Below are positions 28,697 through 38,824 of a stretch of DNA of 64,000 nucleotides, one piece after another. Position numbers and translations under genes: made by a program. Under the pieces are notes generated by a model. That model made no database searches and had not been told where the DNA came from. It was given only the letters and a program-made list of their open reading frames with translations. The stretch lies in the NCBI GenBank assembly GCA_963666205.1, contig OY762654.1:1856001-1920000 (forward strand), given 5' to 3'. Origin of the DNA: Synergistales bacterium (GTDB taxonomy: Bacteria > Synergistota > Synergistia > Synergistales > JAFGMB01). How positions within the stretch are numbered: the stretch's first letter is position 1; each line of letters starts with the position of its first letter.

Positions 28697-30124
28697 TTAT
28701 TCGTCCACGCCTTCGTTTAACGCTTTTAATTCCTCTTCTGAATATTGAGTGATGGTAAACCCGGTAAGTCCGTAAATAAGAGATACTATGGGTGTTATCC
28801 AGCATAGGAAACAGAAAGGAATAAAAGCAAGAGAGGATACTCCCAGAGTCCCTGCAGCATAAACAGCCCCTGTATTCCAAGGAATGATAGGTCCACCAAG
28901 AGTTCCACAGTCTTCTATGACTCGGGAAAGATTTTCAGGTTTTAAATTCCATTTTTTGTACACTGGAGCCATAAGTGTCCCTGTCATTACTGAAGCAAAG
29001 CTGATCGTTGCACCAATCATATTGGATAAATAACTTACGATGATCGTTGCGACTATTACTCCCCGAGTTGACTGGATCTTTTTCGAGAATGATTCTAGAA
29101 TTGAATTTAGAACGCCAGTTCCCTGCAACATTCCCCCGAGACCAAGAGCAAATATAAATAGGCCGACAAGGGAATACATACTTGCTACTCCACCACGATT
29201 TAATAACTTATCGAGGAATACCATTCCGGTATCAGACTGATATCCCTTATAAAATACAGATAGTACTGATGCAATTGTATTTCCCTGATATGCTATAGAT
29301 ACGACAGCAGCAACCACAGAACCTATCATGATTGCCAAAACTGGCGGTTTTTTTGTCAGGAGGAGATAGAATACAACTAATGCGGGAATGAGGGGTATCA
29401 AACCGATCTTGAATATATCGGAAAGCTGGGTACAGATTGTATCTATATTCTGGTAGTCAACAACTTCACCTGAGTACCTGAAACCAATAAATGTAAATAA
29501 AGCAGCAGTAATAAGATAAGCAGGACCAGTTGTCCAGACCATATGTTTAATATGAGGAATAAGCTGTCCGCCTGATACGGCTGGAGCAAGATTTGTACTA
29601 TCAGAAAGAGGGGACATCTTATCTCCAAAGAAGGCTCCTGAGATTATTGCTCCTGCTGTAATGCCGGGAGGTATTCCCAGACTTGGACCTATACCTATCA
29701 TTGCAAGCCCTGCGGTGCCAATTGTTCCCCATGAAGTACCTGTGGCAAGGGATACTATTGAACAGAAAAGTAGAGTAGTTAAGAGGAAAAATCTGGGTGA
29801 AATTATCTTCAATCCGCCGTAGATAAGTGTAGGTACTGTCCCGGCAAGTATCCAGGAACCGATCATTCCTCCAATTGCAAGAAGGATCAGAGATGGTTGC
29901 ATAACCTTTCTAACCATGTCGTATGCGAATGTTTCCAAAGATTCAAAACTATAACCTAATTTCATTGTCATCGGTACTACGATAAGCCAGCTCAAAAACA
30001 TCATCGCCTGAAGTTTTCCCTTAAAAACTATCATTCCAAAGCACATAAATGCAGAAATCAGTGCCAAAATTAAATAGGAGTAACCAATACTAGGCTGTTC
30101 TACTTTTTTCTCCACAATCTTCAC
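28697..30124 (-). CDS. NhaC-family transporter (probable amino-acid/organic-acid transporter)
   Basis: ATGTSWGT, GAFFGDKMSPLSDSTNLA and LLNRGG motifs; start may be GTG 30115. Confidence 0.92.
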   Translation of the reverse strand: MKIVEKKVEQPSIGYSYLILALISAFMCFGMIVFKGKLQAMMFLSWLIVVPMTMKLGYSFESLETFAYDMVRKVMQPSLILLAIGGMIGSWILAGTVPTLIYGGLKIISPRFFLLTTLLFCSIVSLATGTSWGTIGTAGLAMIGIGPSLGIPPGITAGAIISGAFFGDKMSPLSDSTNLAPAVSGGQLIPHIKHMVWTTGPAYLITAALFTFIGFRYSGEVVDYQNIDTICTQLSDIFKIGLIPLIPALVVFYLLLTKKPPVLAIMIGSVVAAVVSIAYQGNTIASVLSVFYKGYQSDTGMVFLDKLLNRGGVASMYSLVGLFIFALGLGGMLQGTGVLNSILESFSKKIQSTRGVIVATIIVSYLSNMIGATISFASVMTGTLMAPVYKKWNLKPENLSRVIEDCGTLGGPIIPWNTGAVYAAGTLGVSSLAFIPFCFLCWITPIVSLIYGLTGFTITQYSEEELKALNEGVDE

Positions 30125-30184
30125 CCCTTAGAATTAGGTAAAATAGCATCAAATCGTAATAATATTTTCTTCAATCGCTTATAT

Positions 30185-31396
30185 CTAATTGTAATTTTGC
30201 ACTATTTGTGCGAATTCTTCATTTGTCAAATAGGTTCCTTTGTTTATACTGAATAACTTTACTTCATTGAGAATTTCGGGGATTACCTCCTCCCTAACAC
30301 TAAGACCCAATTCCTCTAATTTGATTTTTATGGTATCTTTGCCGCTTTTCTTGCCCAGTACTATTCGAGGTTCCCTGTTAAGAAAAGAAGGTCTGACCGG
30401 GAAAATCGTAGTTGGAGCAGTATCGAACAATTTAGCACCCAGTCCTATTTCTCTTGCAAAAGCTACATCTCCTGTGAAGGGCTTGTTTATTGGAATAGGG
30501 ATCTTTGAAAGTTCACTTATTCTCTGACATGTTGAATACAGTTTCGAGAAATCTATATCAATATCTATACCCAGTAAAGTTTTCATTGCCACCATGATCT
30601 GTTCAAGAGGCGCATTACCAGTCCTTTCTCCCAGGCCTGTCATGCACCCATGTACAACCTCTGCTCCCGCCTCAACTGCTGCAAGGGAAGTAGCTACTCC
30701 CATTCCGTAGTCATTGTGAGTGTGTATTTCTACAGGAACATTTACCCAGGATTTTACTTTTTTGACCATGTAGTAAATTGCCTGGGGAAGAGCCATTCCT
30801 ATGGTATCAATTATTGCTACTGAATCTGGGTTAGCCTGTTCACAAACATCCCTATAAAGGCTTTCCAGAAAAGCAGGTTCTGCCCTCGTCGTATCGTAAG
30901 GGAAAAAGGTGACATAAAAGCCCTTCTGTTTTGCATATCTAATACCATCAATGGCCTTTTTTTTGACATCATCATATGACCAGTTTGGGAATTGATTTTT
31001 TATTCGAGGATAGCCGCTTGGTACTTCAATTATCAAACCATCTGCTTTCGTTTCCAGAGCTTTTTCAATATCAGCAGGATGAGCCCTACAAAAAAGCATT
31101 ATCTTTGCTTTTAAATTTAATGCAACTATGTCTTTTATTGCCTGAAAGTCTTCTTCCGAAACAGTGGGCATACCTGCTTCTATCCTGTCGACTCCAAGCC
31201 CATCGAGCATTTGAGCTATTTCTACTTTTGCTTCTTTTCTGAAAACGACACCAGGGCATTGTTCTCCATCCCTTAAGGTTGCATCATGAAACTGGATTTT
31301 ATCAGGGATGTCAAAGGTATCTCTAATTGTGTCAATCCAATTATATTGACTTCCCCACCAATCGTTGCTTATCCAAGGTGTTTTCCCGCACGACAT
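30185..31396 (-). CDS. DRE-TIM metallolyase (LeuA/homocitrate/citramalate synthase-like, no regulatory domain)
   Basis: HDATLRDGEQ, HTHNDYG, GLGERTGNA and VLGKKSG motifs. Confidence 0.9.
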   Translation of the reverse strand: MSCGKTPWISNDWWGSQYNWIDTIRDTFDIPDKIQFHDATLRDGEQCPGVVFRKEAKVEIAQMLDGLGVDRIEAGMPTVSEEDFQAIKDIVALNLKAKIMLFCRAHPADIEKALETKADGLIIEVPSGYPRIKNQFPNWSYDDVKKKAIDGIRYAKQKGFYVTFFPYDTTRAEPAFLESLYRDVCEQANPDSVAIIDTIGMALPQAIYYMVKKVKSWVNVPVEIHTHNDYGMGVATSLAAVEAGAEVVHGCMTGLGERTGNAPLEQIMVAMKTLLGIDIDIDFSKLYSTCQRISELSKIPIPINKPFTGDVAFAREIGLGAKLFDTAPTTIFPVRPSFLNREPRIVLGKKSGKDTIKIKLEELGLSVREEVIPEILNEVKLFSINKGTYLTNEEFAQIVQNYN

Positions 31397-31431
31397 AGAT
31401 CTTCCCCCTTTATAATCTCTGATTTGTTAAT

Positions 31432-31482
31432 TCTCCGCAAATGGATACGTTTATGAACCAATAACGTATCCATTTGCGGAGA
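31432..31482. promoter_or_regulatory. 20-bp perfect inverted repeat in divergent promoter (candidate GntR operator)
   Basis: tctccgcaaatggatacgtt-N11-aacgtatccatttgcggaga. Confidence 0.7.
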
Positions 31483-31547
31483 CATTGATGGAAGTATATA
31501 ATTTGTTAATATTAAAGTCAACATGTTATCCAAGGAGAGATTTATTA

Positions 31548-32249
31548 ATGAAAGAACTTGATGCCACAGAAATTGCTTTAGAAAAGATTACTGATCTTTT
31601 GATAACTCATAAATACAAGCCTGGGGACAGGCTGTTGGAGACTGTGTTGGCAAGCGAGCTAAACTTAAGCCGAACTCCGATCAGAGATGCTCTAAGCAGA
31701 CTTGTTGCTTCTGGGTTTGTCGAAAAACAAAAGGGTCAAAAAGGATATCAGATACCTCTTCTAACACCAGATGACATGAAACAGGTTTTTCAGACACGAA
31801 TGTTTTTGGAGGGAATTGCTGTTCGCATGGCTGTGACTGCCTGTTCTTCCGATGATATACAGAAATTGCGAGGACTTAATCAGCGAGAAATTGAAGCTTT
31901 TCATAACAATGAGAAAGAGGTATATGCGAATATTAACGAAACATTCCACCTCTTTCTGGCTAAAATTTCCAGTAATAATTATGTATCAAGATTTATTGAA
32001 CAGACTTTCTGGCGCTCAAGACTATATAACTTTTTCTTTGCTGGTTTTTATACTCTTGATGATCAATTGATTCAATACAGGGAAGAACATCAGAGGCTGA
32101 GTTACCAGGAACACAGAGAGATAATTGATGCTATTGAAAATAGAGATGCGAAAGAAGCAGGCAAGCTAATGGAAGATCACATTAAAAAGACTTATTTCCA
32201 CCTGCTAAACCCTCATTCACAAAGAGAAGATTCTCCTCAGACATTGTAG
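31548..32249 (+). CDS. GntR/FCD-family transcriptional regulator
   Basis: YKPGDRL.E..LA..LNLSRTPIRDAL and EHREIIDAI motifs. Confidence 0.93.
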   Translation: MKELDATEIALEKITDLLITHKYKPGDRLLETVLASELNLSRTPIRDALSRLVASGFVEKQKGQKGYQIPLLTPDDMKQVFQTRMFLEGIAVRMAVTACSSDDIQKLRGLNQREIEAFHNNEKEVYANINETFHLFLAKISSNNYVSRFIEQTFWRSRLYNFFFAGFYTLDDQLIQYREEHQRLSYQEHREIIDAIENRDAKEAGKLMEDHIKKTYFHLLNPHSQREDSPQTL

Positions 32250-32600
32250 AATGATTTATCGTTTTTCGCGCTAACCCGTCTCCAAAATCTATTGTGCATC
32301 AAACAAAGCAGGAGAAGTGTAATAGGTCTATTTAATTTAAATCTATTTCTGAAGATTTTATTTTACCTTGCAGTATTACCATACTCGCATAGTGTTCTTG
32401 TTGTTAAAAATGAGTCTAAAAGGGGTCAGGTCTTGGGATAACGGCGTTTAAGTAAAAATGGAAAAGTGAATATGTTTTTAAGGATTTCATTCGGGTGGTT
32501 AATCTTTTAGTCTTTTCCATGTGAATACGGCAGAGTATAATAAGTTCAGACTGTTGTTGATGTATGAAAATAAAATTACCGATAGCGAAAGAGGTGCCCC

Positions 32601-33353
32601 ATGGAAGGAATGGAATATTTCTATGAACTATATGAGGCTTTACCGCGATGTGGTCCTGGAAATAATGAATCCACCAGGCAGGCTTACAGCTTTATTACGG
32701 ATATACCGGAACATCCCCTTGTCCTGGATATAGGCTGCGGCCCGGGAGTTCAGACCCTTGAACTGGCCAGGCTCTCTGGAGGCAGGATAATAGCCCTTGA
32801 TAATCATAAACCATTTCTTGACGAATTGATGAAGAGGGCAAGGACCGAAGGACTTGCCCATCAGATAACTACTATGAATATATCAATGCATGACATGGAT
32901 TTTGAGGACAAAAGATTCGACATTATCTGGTCTGAAGGGGCACTTTATTTTATGGGATTTCAGAACGGTTTAAGGCGATGTCATCAATTGCTGAAAAATA
33001 ATGGATGTCTGGCTGTGACAGAACTGGTATTGCTTGATCCGGATCCACCCCTACCGTTAATGGAATATCTGAAAAATGAATATCCTGCAATTATGGATAT
33101 CAGGGGTAATATGGAATTGATCGGAAATGAAGAATATAACGTGATCTCCCACTTTACCCTTGATAAGCCTGCGTGGCTGGAGAGTTATTACATACCCATG
33201 GAGAGAGAACTGGCCCGCCTCTCAAAAAAATACGAGGATAACGAAATAGCCTCTGCTGCATTTGAGGGAATGAGAAAAGAAATAGACATGTATAAAAGAT
33301 ATGCTGATTTTTACGGTTACGAATTTTTTGTTATGCAGAAGATCGGATTTTAG
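32601..33353 (+). CDS. Class I SAM-dependent methyltransferase
   Basis: LPRCGPG, VLDIGCGPG and FDIIWSEGA motifs. Confidence 0.92.
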   Translation: MEGMEYFYELYEALPRCGPGNNESTRQAYSFITDIPEHPLVLDIGCGPGVQTLELARLSGGRIIALDNHKPFLDELMKRARTEGLAHQITTMNISMHDMDFEDKRFDIIWSEGALYFMGFQNGLRRCHQLLKNNGCLAVTELVLLDPDPPLPLMEYLKNEYPAIMDIRGNMELIGNEEYNVISHFTLDKPAWLESYYIPMERELARLSKKYEDNEIASAAFEGMRKEIDMYKRYADFYGYEFFVMQKIGF

Positions 33354-33413
33354 GAAAAGTGTTTCTCAAGGCATAAGAGCAGTAAAGGTTTGACCTTTTG
33401 AAAGGAGGTTTTC

Positions 33414-33974
33414 ATGAAAACCCTTCGATATTTAGGTTCCATAGCCTTTGTAGCTGGCCTGTTCATTTCCATCTTCCTTGGAATTCCATGGGCTGTCATC
33501 ACGGCAGATGATCCGCCCGTACCCTTCTGGTTGCGAGCAGCTGTTTTTGCCCTTTTAGGAGGTATACTGGTGGTTCTCGCCACTGTGGCCATAGAGCAAA
33601 AGCTGAAGAGAAAAACCATAAAAAGGGGATCCCCTATTACCAGAAGACCCCATGGATTGATCCTGCAGAATACATCAGAGATCCCCGGCCGACAGGTTTC
33701 TGAAGTTCTTGGGATGGTGGAGGGTCACACGGTCTATGCGATCTGGATAGGTAAAGATCTTTCAGCCCTTATTCGCCTGATCCTGGGAGGCGAGCTGACG
33801 GAGTACACCGATATGATGGGTAAGGCGCGGATCCTTGCTACGAACAGAATGGTCGCGAGGGCCGAAAAAATGGGTGCAGATGCTGTGATAAACGTCCGAT
33901 ACATGACCACCAGTGTTATCGGCAGTGCCGCTGAACTTCTTGTTTACGGTACGGCGGTAAAACTCAGCGAATAG
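33414..33974 (+). CDS. YbjQ/UPF0145-family protein with two N-terminal TM helices
   Basis: GGELTEYT, GADAVINVRY and ELLVYGTAV motifs. Confidence 0.88.
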   Translation: MKTLRYLGSIAFVAGLFISIFLGIPWAVITADDPPVPFWLRAAVFALLGGILVVLATVAIEQKLKRKTIKRGSPITRRPHGLILQNTSEIPGRQVSEVLGMVEGHTVYAIWIGKDLSALIRLILGGELTEYTDMMGKARILATNRMVARAEKMGADAVINVRYMTTSVIGSAAELLVYGTAVKLSE

Positions 33975-34121
33975 ATTTTCATATAGCGGGTTTGCTGCAA
34001 AAAGTGAAATCAAACCCTGGAAAAATAGCCTTTATCCAGAGGTCGTCATTCCTGGGTTTGATTCTTTTTGTACTTCAATTGTCCCTGTTCGATTTGATTT
34101 TATATAATCAATGAGGAGTTT

Positions 34122-34661
34122 TTGGACCAGAAGGATCGGAGGAATTGCTGGTTGATCGATATTACCCATACCGGAAAATATATTAATAAAGCTATTGGAC
34201 TTGGAGCACAAGAAAGCAGGGTTATCGATCCGGCCTCAGTTGTAACTGCGCCATGGGTGAGACTGAAATGCAAGTACGGCTGCCAGTGCTATAACACCAA
34301 CCGCTGCTGTCCTCCCCATACGCCAACTGAAGAGCAGATGAGAAAGATCCTGGATTCATACAGTTGTGCCCTGCTGATTCGCTTCAGGGGTCATGAAAAG
34401 GTCAATGAAGCAGTGGCAGCTCTTGAAAAGGAAATGCTTGGCGATGGTTATTATAAGGCCTTTGGATTCGGTGCAGGTCCATGTCTGCTTTGTGAAAAAT
34501 GCGATATGAAGGAATGCAGTTGCCCATCCCTGGCCCGGCCTTCTCTTTCCGGGTGCGGAGTGGATGTTTTTGCCACAGTGAAGTGCAATGGTCTCAACAT
34601 TCAGGTTAATACTGACGATCCTGGTGAAGGGGACTGTTACGGTCTTATCCTTATCGAGTGA
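34122..34661 (+). CDS. DUF2284 Cys-rich metal-binding protein
   Basis: WVRLKCKYGC, CCPP, GPCLLCEKC and RPS...GVDVFAT motifs. Confidence 0.85.
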   Translation: MDQKDRRNCWLIDITHTGKYINKAIGLGAQESRVIDPASVVTAPWVRLKCKYGCQCYNTNRCCPPHTPTEEQMRKILDSYSCALLIRFRGHEKVNEAVAALEKEMLGDGYYKAFGFGAGPCLLCEKCDMKECSCPSLARPSLSGCGVDVFATVKCNGLNIQVNTDDPGEGDCYGLILIE

Positions 34662-34685
34662 ATCCCGAACGGAAGAATTGAATTA

Positions 34686-34722
34686 AAAGAGCCCCGGAAT
34701 TTTCCGGGGCTCTGATTTCTTT
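34686..34722. terminator. Bidirectional terminator
   Basis: agagccccggaa / ttccggggctct between convergent genes. Confidence 0.8.
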
Positions 34723-36122
34723 TACCTGGCCAGTTCAATTATGGCTGCAGCAATTATCTTTGTGGTTTCCATCATATCCTCGATCTCCCAGCCTTCATCA
34801 GCTTCATGTATGTTATATGACTTACCGGGCATTTCAGGGCCGAAGGCCAGTATGTTGGGCATGGCCTTGGCGTAGGTTCCTCCGCCTATGGCCAGGGGTT
34901 TCTCATCTCTCCCTGTTTTTTCCCTGTAGACCTTCATCAGTTTCTGTACCAGTTCGCTGTCTTCAGACATGAAGAGAGGGTCGTCCTTCATTTTTACAGT
35001 TAAGGATATTCCCTCATTCTCAAAGGATGAGATCAGGGCAGGAAGGACATCTTCCTCTCTGAAAGTTACAGGATATCTTGGGTTTATTGAAAAGGATACC
35101 TTTCCGTCTGCTGCTTCCATGGTCCCCCAGCACAGGGAAGTATAGCGGGACACGTCATCATAGAGGCAGATCCCAAGACTTTCGCCGTGATATTCGGTTC
35201 CTATGAGGCGGTTAACCGATGAGAGAAATTTACCCTGTTCTCCTTTTATGCCAAGAGTGAGAAGGAGTTTTACCATCCAGGCTATTGAATTGACCCCCAC
35301 ATGTGGGGTACTCCCATGGCCAGATACCCCTTTCACGGATATAATTACTGTCCCATCTTCATTTTCTTTATAAAAGGCGGAGGTCCTCTCCGGTCCCTCC
35401 CAGTTGTCGATGGAGTAGCGGACCCTTTCCAGAAGTTCGGGTGCTACATTAAGCACGGCTTCGCAATGAGCAGGAACAACATTATCTGCTACGCCACCCT
35501 TCAATGAGAGAACCTGAATATCCCCTTCCGGAACAAAGGATGCTTCACCCCTGCAGATAAGTATTCCCTTTTCCCCGTTGATGAGAGGGTAGTCAGCATC
35601 AGGAGTAAAACCTGCTACAGGAAGTTCCTGGCCTGATTCCACATATTTCTTTACTGCCATGCTTCCCGTTTCTTCGTTGGTGCCGACCAGTATCCTGACC
35701 CTGTTGTTCAGGTTAATTCCAGCTTCCCTGATCGCTTTGAGCGCGAAGAGTGAGCATATTACCGGGCCCTTATCGTCAACTACACCGCGGCCGAACATTT
35801 TGCCGTCGTGGATCTCTGCGCTGTATGGAGGATAGGTCCATCCGTCTCCTTCAGGGACAACATCAAGGTGACCCAGGATACAGACCATGGGTGCTTCCTT
35901 TTGCCCGTATTCCGCCCAGCCAACCATGTTCTCGAAACAGTCAGTCTCAAAACCAAGACGTTTCGAGATATCCATGAAATTATCCAGGGCCTTCCTTGGT
36001 CCAGCACCGAAAGGAGCTCCTTCTTCCGGTTCTCCGCCTACACTTTTAATTGAAACATTTTCCTGTATTGCCGAGAGGAGCTCATCTTTCAGTCCGTCAA
36101 TAATATTGTCAAGCTGGTTCAT
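34722..36122 (-). CDS. pepV: M20 dipeptidase
   Basis: GHLDVVP, GRGVVDDKGP, NEETG, FTPDADYP and IGGGTYAK motifs. Confidence 0.92.
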   Translation of the reverse strand: MNQLDNIIDGLKDELLSAIQENVSIKSVGGEPEEGAPFGAGPRKALDNFMDISKRLGFETDCFENMVGWAEYGQKEAPMVCILGHLDVVPEGDGWTYPPYSAEIHDGKMFGRGVVDDKGPVICSLFALKAIREAGINLNNRVRILVGTNEETGSMAVKKYVESGQELPVAGFTPDADYPLINGEKGILICRGEASFVPEGDIQVLSLKGGVADNVVPAHCEAVLNVAPELLERVRYSIDNWEGPERTSAFYKENEDGTVIISVKGVSGHGSTPHVGVNSIAWMVKLLLTLGIKGEQGKFLSSVNRLIGTEYHGESLGICLYDDVSRYTSLCWGTMEAADGKVSFSINPRYPVTFREEDVLPALISSFENEGISLTVKMKDDPLFMSEDSELVQKLMKVYREKTGRDEKPLAIGGGTYAKAMPNILAFGPEMPGKSYNIHEADEGWEIEDMMETTKIIAAAIIELAR

Positions 36123-36206
36123 TCTTTTGTACCCCCTGCGAAATCTGTTTAGAAAACATTCAAATTTAATTGTATCACTCGTAGGGAGAGTAATGCTTAT
36201 AAAGCC

Positions 36207-36848
36207 TTAAATCTGTTTTCTTTCGATACCATCGAACCAGAAATAGCCCTCGTCGGGCCTGTAAAGTCCGTTCATTCCGAAGGGAAAGTCGCTGGCAAAA
36301 ACTATTCCGTCATCTTTTTCCCACTTGAGCATGTCCCTGTTCCCTTTCTTTATGAAAGGCTTCCCATCATAAAAGCCGAAGAAATTTGATTCAAAGGCTT
36401 GGAGGGTTTCAAAGAGAGGCATGTCCATCTGGGATATCATCCTCAGAATGAATTCACTGTCAGTAATGTTCTTGAGGTGTGCAAGAGGAGATACGGATCT
36501 CTCGTTGCCATTGGCAGCAGCGATGATCTCCCTTTTATCCTGGATATGATAGGGATGACAGTTGGCATCCGATATGGAACCACCACTTGCCTCCCTGGTA
36601 TGGAAGAGAAACCAGTCATATCCTTCGGACTCCATAGCTTGTTCTATTTCAGACACATGAAGATCTACACCCTTTTTAAATTCCTTGAGTTTCCCATCCT
36701 TGAAAGTGGCATAGCCATTTCCATGTCCGCCATCACGCAATTCGAGATCGGCAAGGTATTTCCCAAGGGTGGGACAACCCGGAATGGACTTGAGAGTTTC
36801 CTTGAGTTTCATTACGCCTTCATAGTTAGCCATCAGTAATCTGCACAT
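36207..36848 (-). CDS. Class II glutamine amidotransferase-like (Ntn) protein
   Basis: MCRLL start, GHGNG, FHTREAS, NCHPY and TDSE motifs. Confidence 0.82.
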   Translation of the reverse strand: MCRLLMANYEGVMKLKETLKSIPGCPTLGKYLADLELRDGGHGNGYATFKDGKLKEFKKGVDLHVSEIEQAMESEGYDWFLFHTREASGGSISDANCHPYHIQDKREIIAAANGNERSVSPLAHLKNITDSEFILRMISQMDMPLFETLQAFESNFFGFYDGKPFIKKGNRDMLKWEKDDGIVFASDFPFGMNGLYRPDEGYFWFDGIERKQI

Positions 36849-37040
36849 TTGATTCACCTTCCTGATTTGTAGGGTTTGTTGTATATGCATACATATGATA
36901 AAGAATGCATCGGCTTTAAAGACTAAAGAGATAATATCATGTATTACTGCCTCCTATATCCTTTTTTCGACATGCTTTTATCCTGTCGGTTCATATGAGG
37001 CAGTGCAGTGAGAACTGTTCCCAGGTATTCTTTTCTTTAC

Positions 37041-37070
37041 TTAACACTCCTTAACATTCCTTAACCCTCC
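37041..37070 (+). promoter_or_regulatory. Three 10-bp direct repeats (candidate OmpR/PhoB-type regulator sites)
   Basis: ttaacactcc ttaacattcc ttaaccctcc upstream of the next gene. Confidence 0.55.
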
Positions 37071-37139
37071 TCTTACACAAACTGGTATATAGTACCTGCG
37101 AAGAGTTCTGAACATTCGGTATAAAGAGGAGGAACAGAA

Positions 37140-37811
37140 ATGAAAAAAACGGAGAATGCGGCTTTTCGCTCAATGGTATTTTCAGCTATTGTTTTGTCCA
37201 TGTTGGTTCTTCTGTCCGCTCCCCAGGCGGGGTATGCGTCCCCTTCCAGAAATTCCTGGTACAGCGGTGAATCTTACCGGATCTCAAGAACAATAGCGCG
37301 GGATCTGAACCTGAGACCTGCACAGCAGAAGAAGGTAATTTACATTGTTGAAAAGGAAAGAAGATCCACTGAAAAAAGTAGAGATCAGCTGGAGAGAGTG
37401 CTTAAAGTAATTGAGAGTAATAATTTCAGGATCCCCGACAGAATGAAGGATCGGATCGAGAAATTAACGTCGAACCTGATATATTCAAATTACAGAATAA
37501 GAAACAATATTTACAGCATTCTTGGGAGACAGCAGAAGAAAATCTTTTCGGTAAAAATGAGAAACTCCTTTGATACTGAAAAGTATTCCCGATCTTCCAG
37601 GGAAATGAAAAAGTATATGAGCCGGAACAGAGATCGTATAGAAAGGTTCCGTAATTCCGATAAAGCGGTCAAGGCAATGATAGTAAAAGATAATTTTTCT
37701 TTGGAAAGAACGAAGAATCGTTGTGATATCCAGGCCAGGATCCTGATTCATATGATGCTAAAAACCAGGAATACCCGCTTCTTTGAACATTATGTGGATA
37801 ATATCTGGTAA
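37140..37811 (+). CDS. Exported basic helical protein (possibly Spy/CpxP-like)
   Basis: Signal peptide; LNLRPAQQKK and IYSILGRQQKK resemble LTxxQ motifs. Confidence 0.6.
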   Translation: MKKTENAAFRSMVFSAIVLSMLVLLSAPQAGYASPSRNSWYSGESYRISRTIARDLNLRPAQQKKVIYIVEKERRSTEKSRDQLERVLKVIESNNFRIPDRMKDRIEKLTSNLIYSNYRIRNNIYSILGRQQKKIFSVKMRNSFDTEKYSRSSREMKKYMSRNRDRIERFRNSDKAVKAMIVKDNFSLERTKNRCDIQARILIHMMLKTRNTRFFEHYVDNIW

Positions 37812-37822
37812 ATGAATCTAAA

Positions 37823-37861
37823 CAACAAAAAAGGGGAGGGTTACCCTCTCCTTTTTTGTTG
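37823..37861 (+). terminator. Rho-independent terminator
   Basis: A run-ggggaggg / ccctctcc-T run. Confidence 0.8.
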
Positions 37862-38112
37862 TAATTTTTTTAAAGATAGCACTCAAGAGACGGTCTGAAG
37901 ATCATTATAATGGTGTTAGCAGCCTTTTTGTCTCAATGGAAATGATGAAATAGTATGATCCGATCCTGGCCTGCCAGATCAATGCATAAGAGGTCTGATC
38001 TTTCTTTCGTTCAAAGTCCCCCTTTAAAATATATATGATATTGGATATCATTAACCTTTACGAAGTTTCAGATTGACCATTCAGCGCATTCAGACCAAGG
38101 AGGAAATTTACA

Positions 38113-38490
38113 ATGGCAAATTTACCTGAATCAGTAAGCAGAGCATGGGAAGATCGAGATGGAGCGGTGGTCCTTACAACAGTAGATGAAACTGGAAATC
38201 CCAACAGCATCTATGCCACCTGTGTGGGCAAGTTCAGTGAAGATGCTCTGGTGGTGGCAGATAACTATTTTGACAAGACCCGGAAGAACATTTTCGCTGG
38301 AAGCAGGGGATCCATCCTTTTCATAACGAAAGAGGGTAAATCTTTCCAGGTAAAAGGTTCAATAGAGTATATAACCGAAGGTGAAGTATTCGATTTCATG
38401 AAAAGCTGGAATCCCGAAAAACACCCAGGCCATGCCGCAACAGTTTTGAAGGTGGAAGAAGCCTACTCGGGGGCAAAAAAGCTTCTGTAA
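38113..38490 (+). CDS. Pyridoxamine 5'-phosphate oxidase-like FMN-binding protein
   Basis: TVDETGNPN, ADNYFDKTRKNI and SFQVKG motifs. Confidence 0.88.
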   Translation: MANLPESVSRAWEDRDGAVVLTTVDETGNPNSIYATCVGKFSEDALVVADNYFDKTRKNIFAGSRGSILFITKEGKSFQVKGSIEYITEGEVFDFMKSWNPEKHPGHAATVLKVEEAYSGAKKLL

Positions 38491-38824
38491 TCCCCTCAGG
38501 CCAAAGTATTTTTCATTGGTTCCACCAGTCCAGTTATAAACAGATAAATGATATTCTGAATATTTTTCGAACGAGCAGGGCCTTCGAACAGGTTCTGCTC
38601 TTTTTCTGTGCCTTTTTTTCTGTAAATTCATTTGAAAAATTTGTATGTCATTTTCGACAAACAATGCCGGGTAGGGTAATATTTGTTGATATAAATTATC
38701 ATTAGCAAAAGATTCAGAAATTTACTTGAACAGTTTCGGACACAGGAAAGGAGGCAGTCCCTTTTGTCCAGGGCAGGTGTTTATTCTTCGTTATTCAATA
38801 CGACCCGAGGAGGAGTTTGAGATC

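Noticed and set aside
38726-38824. T-box or riboswitch before brnQ
   Set aside because: Only a weak hairpin; no T-box consensus or terminator seen
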